Origin: Ferruginibacter sp.
GTDB lineage: Bacteria > Bacteroidota > Bacteroidia > Chitinophagales > Chitinophagaceae
DNA length: 64,000 nucleotides
NCBI GenBank assembly: GCA_046329685.1
Contig: JAXLUF010000008.1
Coordinates: forward strand, 7,108 to 71,107
Reading direction: 5' to 3'
Shown here in pieces: positions 30,033 to 40,107 of the stretch. Position 1 is the first letter of the stretch. Each line of letters opens with the position of its first letter. Both the position numbers and the translations under genes were made by a program. The notes beneath the pieces are model-generated. The model saw only the letters and a program-made list of their open reading frames with translations, ran no database searches and was not told where the DNA came from.

Positions 30033-33000
30033 TTGGCATTACCGCACCTTATCAAATACGTATACAACAACGGGTCAGAGGAAGTAATCCGCCGCGGAAA
30101 AAAAATCCAGGCCCAGGGTTTTGTAGAGATGATCGAACACGATGAACTGATGTCAAGCATTGTGTTCAGGGTGAAAGACGACAGCTACAGCACCTTCTAC
30201 AAGGTTTACATTCAGAAATACAACGATCCCAAGACCATCACGGTACGGTGTACCTGCCCGTACAACCTGGGTGATATCTGCCGCCACGAGGCCGCCGCCA
30301 TGCTGCGGCTGCAGGAGATGGTGGATAAGAATATGCTGGGGAATGCCAACATGGAATACAACCAGCGGCATACCGTTGCCAAGATGAAGCATATTGACCT
30401 GAAAATGATCAAACTGCTTTCTTCTCCTTCCATCTATGCAGCCGCAGAAGATATCCTGCGCCAGACAAAAGCCAATATCATTAAAGCCGCGGATGAACGG
30501 GTGGAAGCAGAGCTTACCTATGAAGGGGAAGTATATCCCCTGGTAATTCAGAAAAATGAGGAACGGAATTTCGATACCTCGTGTAAATGCGGCGAATCGG
30601 AGCACCCGCTTTGTGCCCACAAAACAGTGCTTTTCCTGCAATTGCTGAATGCTTTCGGCCCCTTTTATTTTGATACGATCCGGAACTGGGATAAGGAAAA
30701 AAATAAATTGCTGCAGATATATGGTTACAGCCTCGATGACGACCTGGAAGGGAAGTTTGCGTTTACCTACAAAGAGGGCAAACCCTTTTTAAAGGTACTG
30801 GATACCTCCATCAAACGGGTAACCCCCTCCGGCCCGCCGGCGCCCCGGCCGGCTCCGGTACTGCTAAACCAACCCGTTCCGGAAACGCCAGCTGCCGGCA
30901 ATCCTCCACCGGTTCCGCCGGCAAAAAAACTGGGGATCGTGGTAAATTTTAATGCCGGCACCTATCCCAATTTTATCATCGATGCCATCCAGGGGGAGGC
31001 AGATGAAGACAGCAAAAAATTTACAGGCAAAATTGAAAAACTGGACCTGGCAAAATTTGTAAACACCGAAGTGTTCGGAGAAGAGGATAAAATGCTGCTG
31101 CAGCAGGTACGCAAACTGCAACCCGCCGAGATCAACAAATACCTCGACCGCAACTCTCCCTTCAGCGGCATCTGGGAAAATATTATTCATACCGACGGAG
31201 ATGAACTGCCCGAAGAAACCAAGGCCCTGATTGCCGAATACCTGCAGCCAAAACTGAGGAAGCTGTTCGAAGAACAGGCCGCGAATCCTTTTATCTATTA
31301 CCTGCCCGAAAAGAAACCGTTCAAAACGGAAAACCTAAAAGACGCCGAACTGAGCAGCCAGTTTGTGTCACCTTTGTTTAAAGTGCTTCCGGTGAACAAT
31401 CACTTCGAGATTGCCTGCCTGGTAAAGATGCAGTCTGCCGCTGTTCCTTATGCCGACAATGAGTGTAACAGCAGTCTTTTGTTCCTGCACGATCATACAC
31501 TTTATCTCTGGCAGAAGCCGGAAGATGTGATACAGGCAGAAAAATTTCAGCGGGAAGGGAATGTGAAACTGACAAGGAGCGACTGGACAGAAAAAATGCA
31601 GAAAGTGATCATGCCGCTCACACGGGAATACCAGGTGGAGTTTGATAAAGCCCTGGTGAAAGAAGTGAAAAGCGGCGAACCGGATGTAAAACTGCAGCTG
31701 CTGGAAAAAGGCGACTACCTTGTATTCCAGCCCATTTTTTCGTACAAGGGTTTTGAAACCCGGCCCTCCGATAAAGACACCATCACCATTCCGGATGGCG
31801 ATAAAATACTGATCATTAACCGGAACAAAGCCGCCGAAGAGCAATTTATCCAAAAGCTTGAAGCCCTTCATTCGCAGTTCATTCGCCCCGAAAACCAGCA
31901 AAGCCTGGTACTGCGGGGTGCGGATGTGCTGCGGAATAACTGGTTCTTTCTTTTTGTGGATGCGATGAAAGAAATGAAAGTGCCGGTATATGGTTTTGAA
32001 GCGCTTAAAAATTTCCGGTTTAATACAGCCCGTCCGAGCACCCATATCCATGTAAGCAGCGGCCTTGACTGGTTTGACGCCCGGGTGGAAATTGATTTTG
32101 CCGGGCAGCGGGTAGGTATTGATGATATCAAGAAGGCGCTTGTCAACAAGCAATCTTTTGTACAGCTGAACGACGGCACATTGGGCATTCTGCCCGATGA
32201 ATGGCTCAAGCGTTACGCGTTGCTTTTTAAAGTGGGGGATGGCCGCAGTAACCAGCTGCGTCTTTCGAAATACCACATGAGTGTGATCGATGACCTGTAC
32301 GAAAACCGGGATGAAGCAGAACTCAGTTTTGAACTGGATGAGAAATACGAACGGTTAAAAGAGTTCAAGCATATTCCCGAAACCGTGCCGCCGGCCAACC
32401 TGCTGCCGGTGCTGCGCCCTTACCAGGCCTCGGGATATCAGTGGCTCAACTACCTGAATGATGTGGGCTGGGGCGGTATCCTGGCGGATGATATGGGTTT
32501 GGGAAAAACCGTTCAGGCGCTGAGTATGCTGCAGCATTACCGGGAACAGAACGACCAGCTGATTGCATTGGTGGTTTGCCCCACCACCCTGATCTATAAC
32601 TGGAGAAACGAGGTGGAGAAATTCACCCCGTCCCTGAGCTGGCACATTCATCATGGCAGCACCCGCAGCCGTACGGCTGATGAGCTGATAAATTTTAATA
32701 TCATTATCACTACTTATGGCACCCTGCGCAGTGATATCCAGTTATTGCTGAAGATGAAATTTGATTATATCATTCTGGATGAAAGCCAGGCAATCAAAAA
32801 CCCCTCTTCCAAAGTTACCAAGGCGGCCTGCCTGCTCAATGCAAAAAATAAATTGTGCATGAGCGGTACACCCCTGCAGAACAATACTTTTGATGTGTAT
32901 GCCCAGATGAATTTCCTGAACCCCGGCTTGCTGGGTTCGGTAGAATTCTTCCGCAATGAATTTGCCACACCCATTGATAAGTTTGGTGAGGAGGAGCAGA

Positions 33001-33800
33001 AGGAACACCTGCGTAAACTGCTCTATCCTTTTATCCTGCGCCGCACCAAGGAGCAGGTGGCGAAAGATCTGCCCGAAAAAACAGAAACGATCCTGTTTTG
33101 CGAAATGGATAAGGAACAGCGTAAAATATACGAGGCTTACCGTAACAGTTACCGGGATAAGATCCTGGGTTCGATTGATGAACAGGGAATTGATAAATCG
33201 CAGCTCACCATTTTACAGGGGTTGATGAAACTGCGCCAGATCTGCGACAGTCCGGCCATCCTCAATGAAGAAGAAAAATTCCCGAATCACTCGATAAAAC
33301 TGGAAGAACTGGCCCGGGAAATTGAAGAAAATATCGGCGATCACAAAGCGCTCATCTTCTCCCAGTTCCTGGGAATGCTGTCGCTGATCAAACAAAAACT
33401 TACAGAGGATAATATTCCTTTTGAATATTTCGACGGCAGTACTACGGCGGCTGAGCGGGAAAGGGCGATCCGCAATTTTCAGGAGAATGACAGCTGCCGG
33501 GTGTTCCTGATCTCCCTGAAAGCCGGCGGCGTGGGTTTGAACCTGACCGCTGCAGATTATGTATATATTGTGGATCCCTGGTGGAACCCGGCGGTGGAGC
33601 AACAGGCCATTGACCGTACCCACCGTATCGGGCAGACAAAAAATATTTTTGCCTACCGCATGATCTGCATCGATACGATTGAAGACAAAATACTGCAATT
33701 GCAGGAGCGTAAACGGAAACTGGCCAGCGAGCTCATTGCTGACGATACCGGATTTGTGAAAGCACTCAGTAAGGCAGATGTGGAATACCTCTTCAGCTAG
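30033..33800 (+). CDS. SWIM-domain SNF2-family helicase/ATPase
   Basis: Two SWIM-like motifs (CTCPYNLGDICRH, CKCGESEHPLCAH); LADDMGLGKT, DESQ, SGTP, LKAGGVGLNLT, QAIDRTHRIGQ. Confidence 0.93.
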   Translation: MALPHLIKYVYNNGSEEVIRRGKKIQAQGFVEMIEHDELMSSIVFRVKDDSYSTFYKVYIQKYNDPKTITVRCTCPYNLGDICRHEAAAMLRLQEMVDKNMLGNANMEYNQRHTVAKMKHIDLKMIKLLSSPSIYAAAEDILRQTKANIIKAADERVEAELTYEGEVYPLVIQKNEERNFDTSCKCGESEHPLCAHKTVLFLQLLNAFGPFYFDTIRNWDKEKNKLLQIYGYSLDDDLEGKFAFTYKEGKPFLKVLDTSIKRVTPSGPPAPRPAPVLLNQPVPETPAAGNPPPVPPAKKLGIVVNFNAGTYPNFIIDAIQGEADEDSKKFTGKIEKLDLAKFVNTEVFGEEDKMLLQQVRKLQPAEINKYLDRNSPFSGIWENIIHTDGDELPEETKALIAEYLQPKLRKLFEEQAANPFIYYLPEKKPFKTENLKDAELSSQFVSPLFKVLPVNNHFEIACLVKMQSAAVPYADNECNSSLLFLHDHTLYLWQKPEDVIQAEKFQREGNVKLTRSDWTEKMQKVIMPLTREYQVEFDKALVKEVKSGEPDVKLQLLEKGDYLVFQPIFSYKGFETRPSDKDTITIPDGDKILIINRNKAAEEQFIQKLEALHSQFIRPENQQSLVLRGADVLRNNWFFLFVDAMKEMKVPVYGFEALKNFRFNTARPSTHIHVSSGLDWFDARVEIDFAGQRVGIDDIKKALVNKQSFVQLNDGTLGILPDEWLKRYALLFKVGDGRSNQLRLSKYHMSVIDDLYENRDEAELSFELDEKYERLKEFKHIPETVPPANLLPVLRPYQASGYQWLNYLNDVGWGGILADDMGLGKTVQALSMLQHYREQNDQLIALVVCPTTLIYNWRNEVEKFTPSLSWHIHHGSTRSRTADELINFNIIITTYGTLRSDIQLLLKMKFDYIILDESQAIKNPSSKVTKAACLLNAKNKLCMSGTPLQNNTFDVYAQMNFLNPGLLGSVEFFRNEFATPIDKFGEEEQKEHLRKLLYPFILRRTKEQVAKDLPEKTETILFCEMDKEQRKIYEAYRNSYRDKILGSIDEQGIDKSQLTILQGLMKLRQICDSPAILNEEEKFPNHSIKLEELAREIEENIGDHKALIFSQFLGMLSLIKQKLTEDNIPFEYFDGSTTAAERERAIRNFQENDSCRVFLISLKAGGVGLNLTAADYVYIVDPWWNPAVEQQAIDRTHRIGQTKNIFAYRMICIDTIEDKILQLQERKRKLASELIADDTGFVKALSKADVEYLFS

Positions 33801-33810
33801 GGAACTGGTT

Positions 33811-33939
33811 TCAGGAAGAGATAAAATCTTTCAGTCGCCTGAAATCCCTGTCGGCTCCCGAACGAAAAAAATTCAGCAGGGCCCGCCAGCTCTGCCGTAA
33901 CAGCAGGGTAATAATAACCGGGGATGTAGATTTTTTCAT
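33811..33939 (-). CDS. Putative small protein (42 aa, MKKSTSPVIITLLLRQSWRALLNFF...)
   Basis: Hand-translated; amphipathic; possible TAATCTTG promoter variant at 33953-33960. Confidence 0.3.
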   Translation of the reverse strand: MKKSTSPVIITLLLRQSWRALLNFFRSGADRDFRRLKDFISS

Positions 33940-34037
33940 GCTATCGGATTTACAAGATTAAAAATACAGTTTCATCACCGCCGTTGAAAGCGGGTATTTG
34001 CTGATTTTGAGGGCTGGTAAATTCCGAAAGGGGATGT

Positions 34038-34190
34038 TTATTTTACGAGGGGGCCTTGCCAATGCCTGCGGAAACGTTTCCCTTTTTTATAGTACCGGAT
34101 CGGGTAAACCTCAGGGTGCTGGCGCAGCTTTTCAACTAAGTTCCGCAACACCTGCAGTACCGGGTGGGTGGGGGTACCGGCTTTTTTCAT
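34038..34190 (-). CDS. Putative small basic protein (50 aa, MKKAGTPTHPVLQVLRNL...)
   Basis: Internal ATG of a track ORF with an AT-rich upstream context. Confidence 0.3.
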   Translation of the reverse strand: MKKAGTPTHPVLQVLRNLVEKLRQHPEVYPIRYYKKGKRFRRHWQGPLVK

Positions 34191-34269
34191 AAAATATTGT
34201 TTAGCATCAGTTATAACGCCCGGTTTGCACAAATATTGTTCAAACTCCGCTCCCGCAACAGGGTGCTGG

Positions 34270-34392
34270 TTACATTCCCAGTGAGTTCACCGGCGGCAGG
34301 GGCACAAAGAACGCGGCTGTAATCCAGCACAGTACCAGTATAAAGATGACGGTTTCGGTGGCGTTCATTTCTACAATTGTTTGCTTTTTCAT
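34270..34392 (-). CDS. Putative small single-TM protein (40 aa, MKKQTIVEMNATETVIFILVLCWITAAFFVPLPPVNSLGM)
   Basis: Hand-translated; one clear hydrophobic helix; AT-rich leader. Confidence 0.4.
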   Translation of the reverse strand: MKKQTIVEMNATETVIFILVLCWITAAFFVPLPPVNSLGM

Positions 34393-34575
34393 GACAGTAG
34401 ATTTAGGTTTAAAAATTTTGTTTATTTACAAGGATAGACGGGACCCCTGAGAAAAAGTTTAACCCTTTTGGTGAATGGCCTGTTAACCGCTGTTTAATCC
34501 TTTGATAAAATTTAACCGGCAGGATAGCGCCGTTCTGCTGTCTTGATTACCTTTGTACCACTCAAATAATCAGCT

Positions 34576-36222
34576 ATGCAACGTTTATTATGGCTCCTGG
34601 TTTTCACCACTCAACTGCTGTATGCACAGAAAACAAAAAAGAAAAACAACCCGGATGATATGCTGCTTGCCAGCCTGCGCACGCACATCGGTTTTCTGGC
34701 CGATGATAAACTGGAAGGCCGCCGGACCGGTTCGCCCGGCGAAAAACTTGCTTACCAGTATATCAGCGATCAGTTTGTGGCAGCCGGCGTGGCGCCCAAA
34801 GGGGATAACGGCGGTTTTATCCAGGAGTTTGAAGTAAACGAAGGCAAACAAATCAATAAAGGAACAGCCCTCAGCATCAACGGGTTTAACCTGGTGGCCG
34901 AAAGGGATTTCTTTCCCTTTGTATTCAGCGCCAACGGCAGCGTGGAAGGTACACCCACCATGGCCCTGCAGGAGAGCGGCTCTATCTGGTTCTGGGACCT
35001 GAAAGACAAGCTGGAAGAAAATAAAAATAATCCCCACTTTGACCTGGTGGATGCCATTAAAACCCGGGTGGCGGATGTGGCCGGCAAAGGCGCCACCGCT
35101 CTGATTATTTACAACAGTTCTTCTATTGCAGATGAACTTAAGTTTGAGCCGAAGGCGAAAACCGAAACGGCGAAAATACCGGTTTTATATATCACGAATG
35201 CCATGCGCACCCGTTTCCTTAAAGACGAAGCGGCATCAGCTGCAGTAAAGCTGACGGTAGATATCGGCGATAAAAAAAGAATGGGGCACAATGTGGTGGG
35301 TTATATCGACAACGGGGCTGCCAATACCGTGATCATCGGGGCGCATTATGATCACCTCGGTTACGGGGAAGACCATAATTCGCTGTATACCGGCACCACG
35401 CCACAGATTCATAACGGAGCCGATGATAATGCCAGTGGCACGGCGGCCCTGATTGAGCTGGGAAAACTGCTGAAAGGGGCGTCTTTCAAAAACAATAATT
35501 ACCTGCTGATCTCTTTTTCGGGAGAAGAACTGGGGCTGTTCGGAAGCAAGTATTTTGCCGAACACCCAACGGTGAGCCTGAGTAATATAAACTACATGGT
35601 AAATATGGACATGGTGGGCCGCCTGAGCGATAGCACGCATGGATTGAGTATCGGTGGCTATGGCACTTCGCCCGCCTGGGGCGAGCTGATGAAGGAAAAA
35701 GATGATTACTTCACCATCAAATTCGACAGCAGCGGCACCGGCCCCAGCGACCACACTTCTTTTTACCGCAAAGACATCCCGGTATTATTCTTCTTCACCG
35801 GGGTGCACAGCGATTACCATAAACCTACGGATGATGCGGATAAAATCAATTATTCCGGCGAACTGAAAGTGATCCGCTATGTTTATAATTTGATAGGGGC
35901 GGCCGATACCAGGGGCAAACTGGCCTTCAGCAAAACCCGCGAAGCGCAAACCAGCGCCAAGAGCAGTTTTAAAGTTACCCTGGGTATCATGCCCGATTAC
36001 ACTTTCAGCGGTGGCGGCGTAAGGGTGGATGGCGTAAGCGAAGGCAAGCTGGCGCAACGCGTGGGCATTAAAACCGGCGATGTGATAACACAGCTGGGCG
36101 ATCATAAATTCTCGGATGTGCAGGGTTATATGGAAGCGCTGAGCAAGTTCAAAAAAGGCGATGCCACAAAAGTTAAAGTGAAACGCGGTACCGAAGACCT
36201 TGATTTTGATATTGTATTCTGA
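34576..36222 (+). CDS. M28-family aminopeptidase with PA and PDZ domains
   Basis: GAHYDHLG, NGADDNASG, GEELGL, NMDMVGR, SDH, YHKPTDD; C-terminal PDZ. Confidence 0.92.
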   Translation: MQRLLWLLVFTTQLLYAQKTKKKNNPDDMLLASLRTHIGFLADDKLEGRRTGSPGEKLAYQYISDQFVAAGVAPKGDNGGFIQEFEVNEGKQINKGTALSINGFNLVAERDFFPFVFSANGSVEGTPTMALQESGSIWFWDLKDKLEENKNNPHFDLVDAIKTRVADVAGKGATALIIYNSSSIADELKFEPKAKTETAKIPVLYITNAMRTRFLKDEAASAAVKLTVDIGDKKRMGHNVVGYIDNGAANTVIIGAHYDHLGYGEDHNSLYTGTTPQIHNGADDNASGTAALIELGKLLKGASFKNNNYLLISFSGEELGLFGSKYFAEHPTVSLSNINYMVNMDMVGRLSDSTHGLSIGGYGTSPAWGELMKEKDDYFTIKFDSSGTGPSDHTSFYRKDIPVLFFFTGVHSDYHKPTDDADKINYSGELKVIRYVYNLIGAADTRGKLAFSKTREAQTSAKSSFKVTLGIMPDYTFSGGGVRVDGVSEGKLAQRVGIKTGDVITQLGDHKFSDVQGYMEALSKFKKGDATKVKVKRGTEDLDFDIVF

Positions 36223-36235
36223 TAAATCCTGAAAG

Positions 36236-36682
36236 ATGGCAGGAGGCCTGAAACTCAAGATTGATAATGAAGCACTTGCTGAAGAATTCTTCGGGGATGC
36301 CGTGTTGCTGGGAATCGTGGCGCCGGTGAAAGATTATATGTTTTGCTGGCAGATCAACCAGTCGCTGGGGATTGATTTCCGGGTTAACAACGATATTGAA
36401 ATTCAGCTGACGAAAAAGAACCGCAAGTATTTTTTTTCCATTTACGAATATGCGGTGCCGGCGATCAAGCGCATACACTACCTGTATAATAATGAAGATG
36501 ACGGGGAGTACCTGTTACCCGAATTCAAGCACCTCGATTTCCTCTGGCTCATCAAGGGAGAAGGGGTGGGAGCCGAAGACCTCAAGTCACTGATACAGTC
36601 TATCCGCCAGATTCCCGGCGTACAGCTGGTTACAGAGATGACAAATGAAAAAATAAAGAACAAGCAACACTTAATTTTTTAA
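36236..36682 (+). CDS. IPExxxVDY-family protein
   Basis: [10 protein letters not shown] motif; C-terminal KNKQHLIF. Confidence 0.8.
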   Translation: MAGGLKLKIDNEALAEEFFGDAVLLGIVAPVKDYMFCWQINQSLGIDFRVNNDIEIQLTKKNRKYFFSIYEYAVPAIKRIHYLYNNEDDGEYLLPEFKHLDFLWLIKGEGVGAEDLKSLIQSIRQIPGVQLVTEMTNEKIKNKQHLIF

Positions 36683-36684
36683 TC

Positions 36685-36918
36685 ATGTGGGAAGAAACCG
36701 GCCATCGGCTTTACCGCGAATTTGTCTTTGCTGATTTTTCAGCCGCCTTCGCTTTTATGACAAGGGTGGCGCTTGCTGCCGAAAAAATGGAGCATCATCC
36801 CATCTGGACAAATACGTATAATAAAGTGGAAATCTGGCTGAGCACGCATGATGCCGGCGATGTGGTTACTGCCAGGGATTATGAACTGGCTGCCATTATC
36901 GACCAGCTGGCGGGTTGA
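36685..36918 (+). CDS. phhB: Pterin-4-alpha-carbinolamine dehydratase
   Basis: [22 protein letters not shown]. Confidence 0.9.
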   Translation: MWEETGHRLYREFVFADFSAAFAFMTRVALAAEKMEHHPIWTNTYNKVEIWLSTHDAGDVVTARDYELAAIIDQLAG

Positions 36919-36945
36919 GTAAATGCCCTGCGGGCAGCTCTGCCT

Positions 36946-37560
36946 TTATTTCGTTTTAATTTCCTTCAGGGTAAGAAAAAAGCCGTTTCGCATCTGTAGA
37001 ATGACCGGCATCCTGCCATTATTGGAAAACGAAAAACTTACCTGGTCTTCAGGCGCTGCATTTGAAGAGAGCTCCGCTTTTGCTGTAAACATTTCCACGG
37101 TTTCTTTTTCGCCGTTTACTATCAGCTTCAGTTCAGTGGGGTCTTCCTGGCTAACCACCATCTTTTTCGGCTCTTCATTTGTATTCATTTTCAGCAGCTG
37201 GGTTTTGGCGCCCTTAGTAAGTGCGTTAAAAGCACTTTTGCTGATCCACACACTGAGGGTATAATCATCCAGCGTTTTTTCGCCCGGCGAAAAATAATTG
37301 TAAAGTGTATTGGCGCCGGCCATTGCGGCGGCGGTATGGGTGATGGTACCACTGCTGTTATTGGAATTGGTCATTTTCCAGTCGAATACCACTGCAGGTA
37401 CCAGGGCCTTTACAGTAACAATAAAATCATATTGCTGTTCACCGGCTTCAACGCCATAAATAAGCTGAGTGCCGGGCTTTATAACAGCCTGCAGGTTTAC
37501 CTGTGCAAAGGAGAAGAGGCTTACTGCCAGGAATTGCAGCACGAGTATTGTCTTTTTCAT
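36946..37560 (-). CDS. Hypothetical secreted protein
   Basis: Signal peptide ending SFA-Q; beta-rich. Confidence 0.7.
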   Translation of the reverse strand: MKKTILVLQFLAVSLFSFAQVNLQAVIKPGTQLIYGVEAGEQQYDFIVTVKALVPAVVFDWKMTNSNNSSGTITHTAAAMAGANTLYNYFSPGEKTLDDYTLSVWISKSAFNALTKGAKTQLLKMNTNEEPKKMVVSQEDPTELKLIVNGEKETVEMFTAKAELSSNAAPEDQVSFSFSNNGRMPVILQMRNGFFLTLKEIKTK

Positions 37561-37633
37561 ATGAGTTTATTTAGCAGAGAAATCACTTTGGGTGCTGTTT
37601 TTAGCCGGCACTTATTGCAGTAAAACGGGCCTG

Positions 37634-38713
37634 CTACGCTAACACCATGACCGTTTTTTCATTTTGTCCGGTAAGTTCACCGATAGGGTTTGTAAATGCA
37701 TCCAGGCCATTTTGCTGCAGCAGCAATTTTACATCCGCAGCAGCTTCTTTAGCCACGGCGATAAGCAGTCCGCCATTGGTTTGCGGGTCGGGCAGCAGGT
37801 TGAAGGCTTCCATCACATTCACGCCCTTTTCAAAACCAGTTTTTTGGCTGTAAGCATTCCAGTTGCGGTAGGTGGCATCCGGAACAATGCGCTGCTGCAG
37901 GTACGCACGGGCGCCTTCTGTTACGGGTAAGGCATTGTAGTGAATCTGTGCGGATAAGCCGCTTCCCTCTGCCATTTCAACCAGGTGGCCCAGCAGGCCA
38001 AAGCCGGTAACATCTGTCATAGCATGCACGCCCTCCAGCTTACCCAGCTCCTCCCCGATTTTATTCAGCTGTGTCAGTTGCTGAATCAGCGGGCGGAGGT
38101 GTTCTTCTTGCAGCGCACCTCTTTTTTGCGCTGTGGAAAGGATCCCTACTCCCAGCGGTTTGGTAACGAAAAGTAAATCGCCGGCCCGTGCCGTGTTATT
38201 TTGTTTGAGATTTTTAATGGGCAGCTGACCGGTTACGGCCAGTCCGAAGATAGGCTCTGTGGTATCAATGCTGTGCCCGCCGGCCAGCGGGATTCCGGCT
38301 TCTGCGCAGATTGCCCTGCTGCCTTCCAGCACCTGTTGTGCCAGGCTCACCGGTAATTTTTGAACGGGCCATCCTAAAATGGCAATGGCTACCAGCGGCT
38401 TTCCTCCCATGGCATATACATCACTGATGGCATTGGCGGAAGCAATCCTTCCGAAATCATAAGCATTATCCACGATCGGCATGAAAAAATCGGTAGTGGT
38501 AATGATGGCGGTACCATCGCCCAGGTCGTAAACGGCAGCATCATCCTTACTGCTGTTGCCCACCAGGAGTTTATTGCTGACGGGCAGGAGCGTGTTGCTT
38601 TGCAGAATTTCTTCGAGCACCTGGGGCGCAATTTTGCAGCCGCAGCCGCCTCCGTGAGAGTATTGCGTGAGACGGATTTCCTCCGGAGCGGAAGGCGTAG
38701 TAGTGTCAGACAT
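37634..38713 (-). CDS. selD: Selenide, water dikinase (Cys form)
   Basis: LTQYSHGGGCGCKI, DDAAV, TTDFFMP, NAISDVYAMGG, GGHSID, DPQTNGGLL. Confidence 0.96.
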   Translation of the reverse strand: MSDTTTPSAPEEIRLTQYSHGGGCGCKIAPQVLEEILQSNTLLPVSNKLLVGNSSKDDAAVYDLGDGTAIITTTDFFMPIVDNAYDFGRIASANAISDVYAMGGKPLVAIAILGWPVQKLPVSLAQQVLEGSRAICAEAGIPLAGGHSIDTTEPIFGLAVTGQLPIKNLKQNNTARAGDLLFVTKPLGVGILSTAQKRGALQEEHLRPLIQQLTQLNKIGEELGKLEGVHAMTDVTGFGLLGHLVEMAEGSGLSAQIHYNALPVTEGARAYLQQRIVPDATYRNWNAYSQKTGFEKGVNVMEAFNLLPDPQTNGGLLIAVAKEAAADVKLLLQQNGLDAFTNPIGELTGQNEKTVMVLA

Positions 38714-38820
38714 GCATGTAGGGATCTTGATTCATCAAAATTAAGTCAATATCAGCAGCCGTGCAGGAGAATTCTGTAAACCAATCCGGTTGCCTGGCCT
38801 TTTACTCCAGGGGGGCTGTC

Positions 38821-40107
38821 TTACTTTCTTCTTCTGAAAATAATCGCCGCATTCTTTTTATAGTCGCCGCTGAAACGGATTTCGTAAGTGTCTTCACCAT
38901 CATGCACCACCAGCAGGCCGGTATTGGGCGGGATACTGCCCAGGTTCTCGGCATACATTATCAGCTGAATACTGTCGGGCATATCAGGCGTAATGTAGAT
39001 GGTTTTGCGGATGGCCCGGGTGCTCAATCCCACTTTGGGCATAATCACCTGGCCATTCATCAGCACACTTACTGTATCACCGTCCACTTCCCCGTTATCG
39101 TATAAGGTTAATTGTAAGCTGTCGGATTTGAAATATACTGATTGGATGGTTTGAATCGTGCGTTTGCCAACCTCACTGGCCACATCCGCTGTAACCGGTG
39201 TCACGGTGTTTTGCGGAATCACCGCCGGTGCTGCTTTAACCGGTGCCGGATTCACCGGCTGATTACTTGCCACGGCCGCAGGGGTTGCAGTGGTAACAGG
39301 AGCGGCGCTTACCGGTGCGGGCCTGGGTTTGGGAGCAGCAGCAACGGGCTGGGTAGCCGGCTGACTGGCCGGGGTGACAGCCGGTTTTTTAACCGGAGCC
39401 TGCTGCACAGCTACCGGGGCCGCGGCAACGGGTTGTGGTTTGGCTGCCGCCGTATCCACTTTTAATTGTATATCGGCCGCCTGGTGCTGTTTGATGATCA
39501 GGTTGGCATTATTGTTACTGGTTAAGGCATTAACCGGGATGGCATATACTTCGGGTTCAGCAACTGAACTGATCTCCGCGATATTTTCCTCTTCAGGTTT
39601 TACAAAGGAAAGATCTTTACTGAGGCCAAGTTCTTCGAGATGGGGTAATAAAGCCGATTGCCGGTAGTTGAGTTTTCGTTCCACAAAAACTGAACCCGTA
39701 AGCGGATGGTATTCCCGTGTGCGGTTGGTGGTAAAAGGACCTGCCAATACCATCGCACTGTCTTTCATCCCGAGCGTAAGAACATCAAGCTGGTGTACAC
39801 CCTTAGCAGGCGGAATGGGGTAGTTGTTAGAGAGGAGCTCCACTTCCTGGATGATAATCTTATCGTCTTCCCTGCGCACCTTCACCCGTTTTACACCAAA
39901 ATATTCCCTGTCATCAACGATAAAAAATGTGTGCGAAAAACCGCTGAGCTTTCCCTTGTTTTCGCTGATCGCTAATTCGTAGCGCAGGTTTTTTCCGGTG
40001 GTATCATTATGAAGATAACCCTTCCAAAGGCCGGTAATATCCTGGGCCGGTACTATCACCGGGATACTCAGCAGCAAAACTAAAGAGAGGCAGAAACGGA
40101 AACGCAT
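38821..40107 (-). CDS. Hypothetical secreted two-domain protein with a Pro/Ala-rich linker
   Basis: Signal peptide; low-complexity PAV linker; C-terminal YDNGEVDGD...AENLGSIPPNT domain. Confidence 0.75.
   Translation of the reverse strand: MRFRFCLSLVLLLSIPVIVPAQDITGLWKGYLHNDTTGKNLRYELAISENKGKLSGFSHTFFIVDDREYFGVKRVKVRREDDKIIIQEVELLSNNYPIPPAKGVHQLDVLTLGMKDSAMVLAGPFTTNRTREYHPLTGSVFVERKLNYRQSALLPHLEELGLSKDLSFVKPEEENIAEISSVAEPEVYAIPVNALTSNNNANLIIKQHQAADIQLKVDTAAAKPQPVAAAPVAVQQAPVKKPAVTPASQPATQPVAAAPKPRPAPVSAAPVTTATPAAVASNQPVNPAPVKAAPAVIPQNTVTPVTADVASEVGKRTIQTIQSVYFKSDSLQLTLYDNGEVDGDTVSVLMNGQVIMPKVGLSTRAIRKTIYITPDMPDSIQLIMYAENLGSIPPNTGLLVVHDGEDTYEIRFSGDYKKNAAIIFRRRK

Noticed and set aside
30033-33800. 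SNF2 helicase as part of a defence system (DISARM/Zorya-like)
   Set aside because: SWIM-SNF2 architecture in a housekeeping context, with no methylase, nuclease or other partner genes.
39180-39460. GC-rich repetitive stretch
   Set aside because: It encodes a Pro/Ala/Val-rich protein linker.
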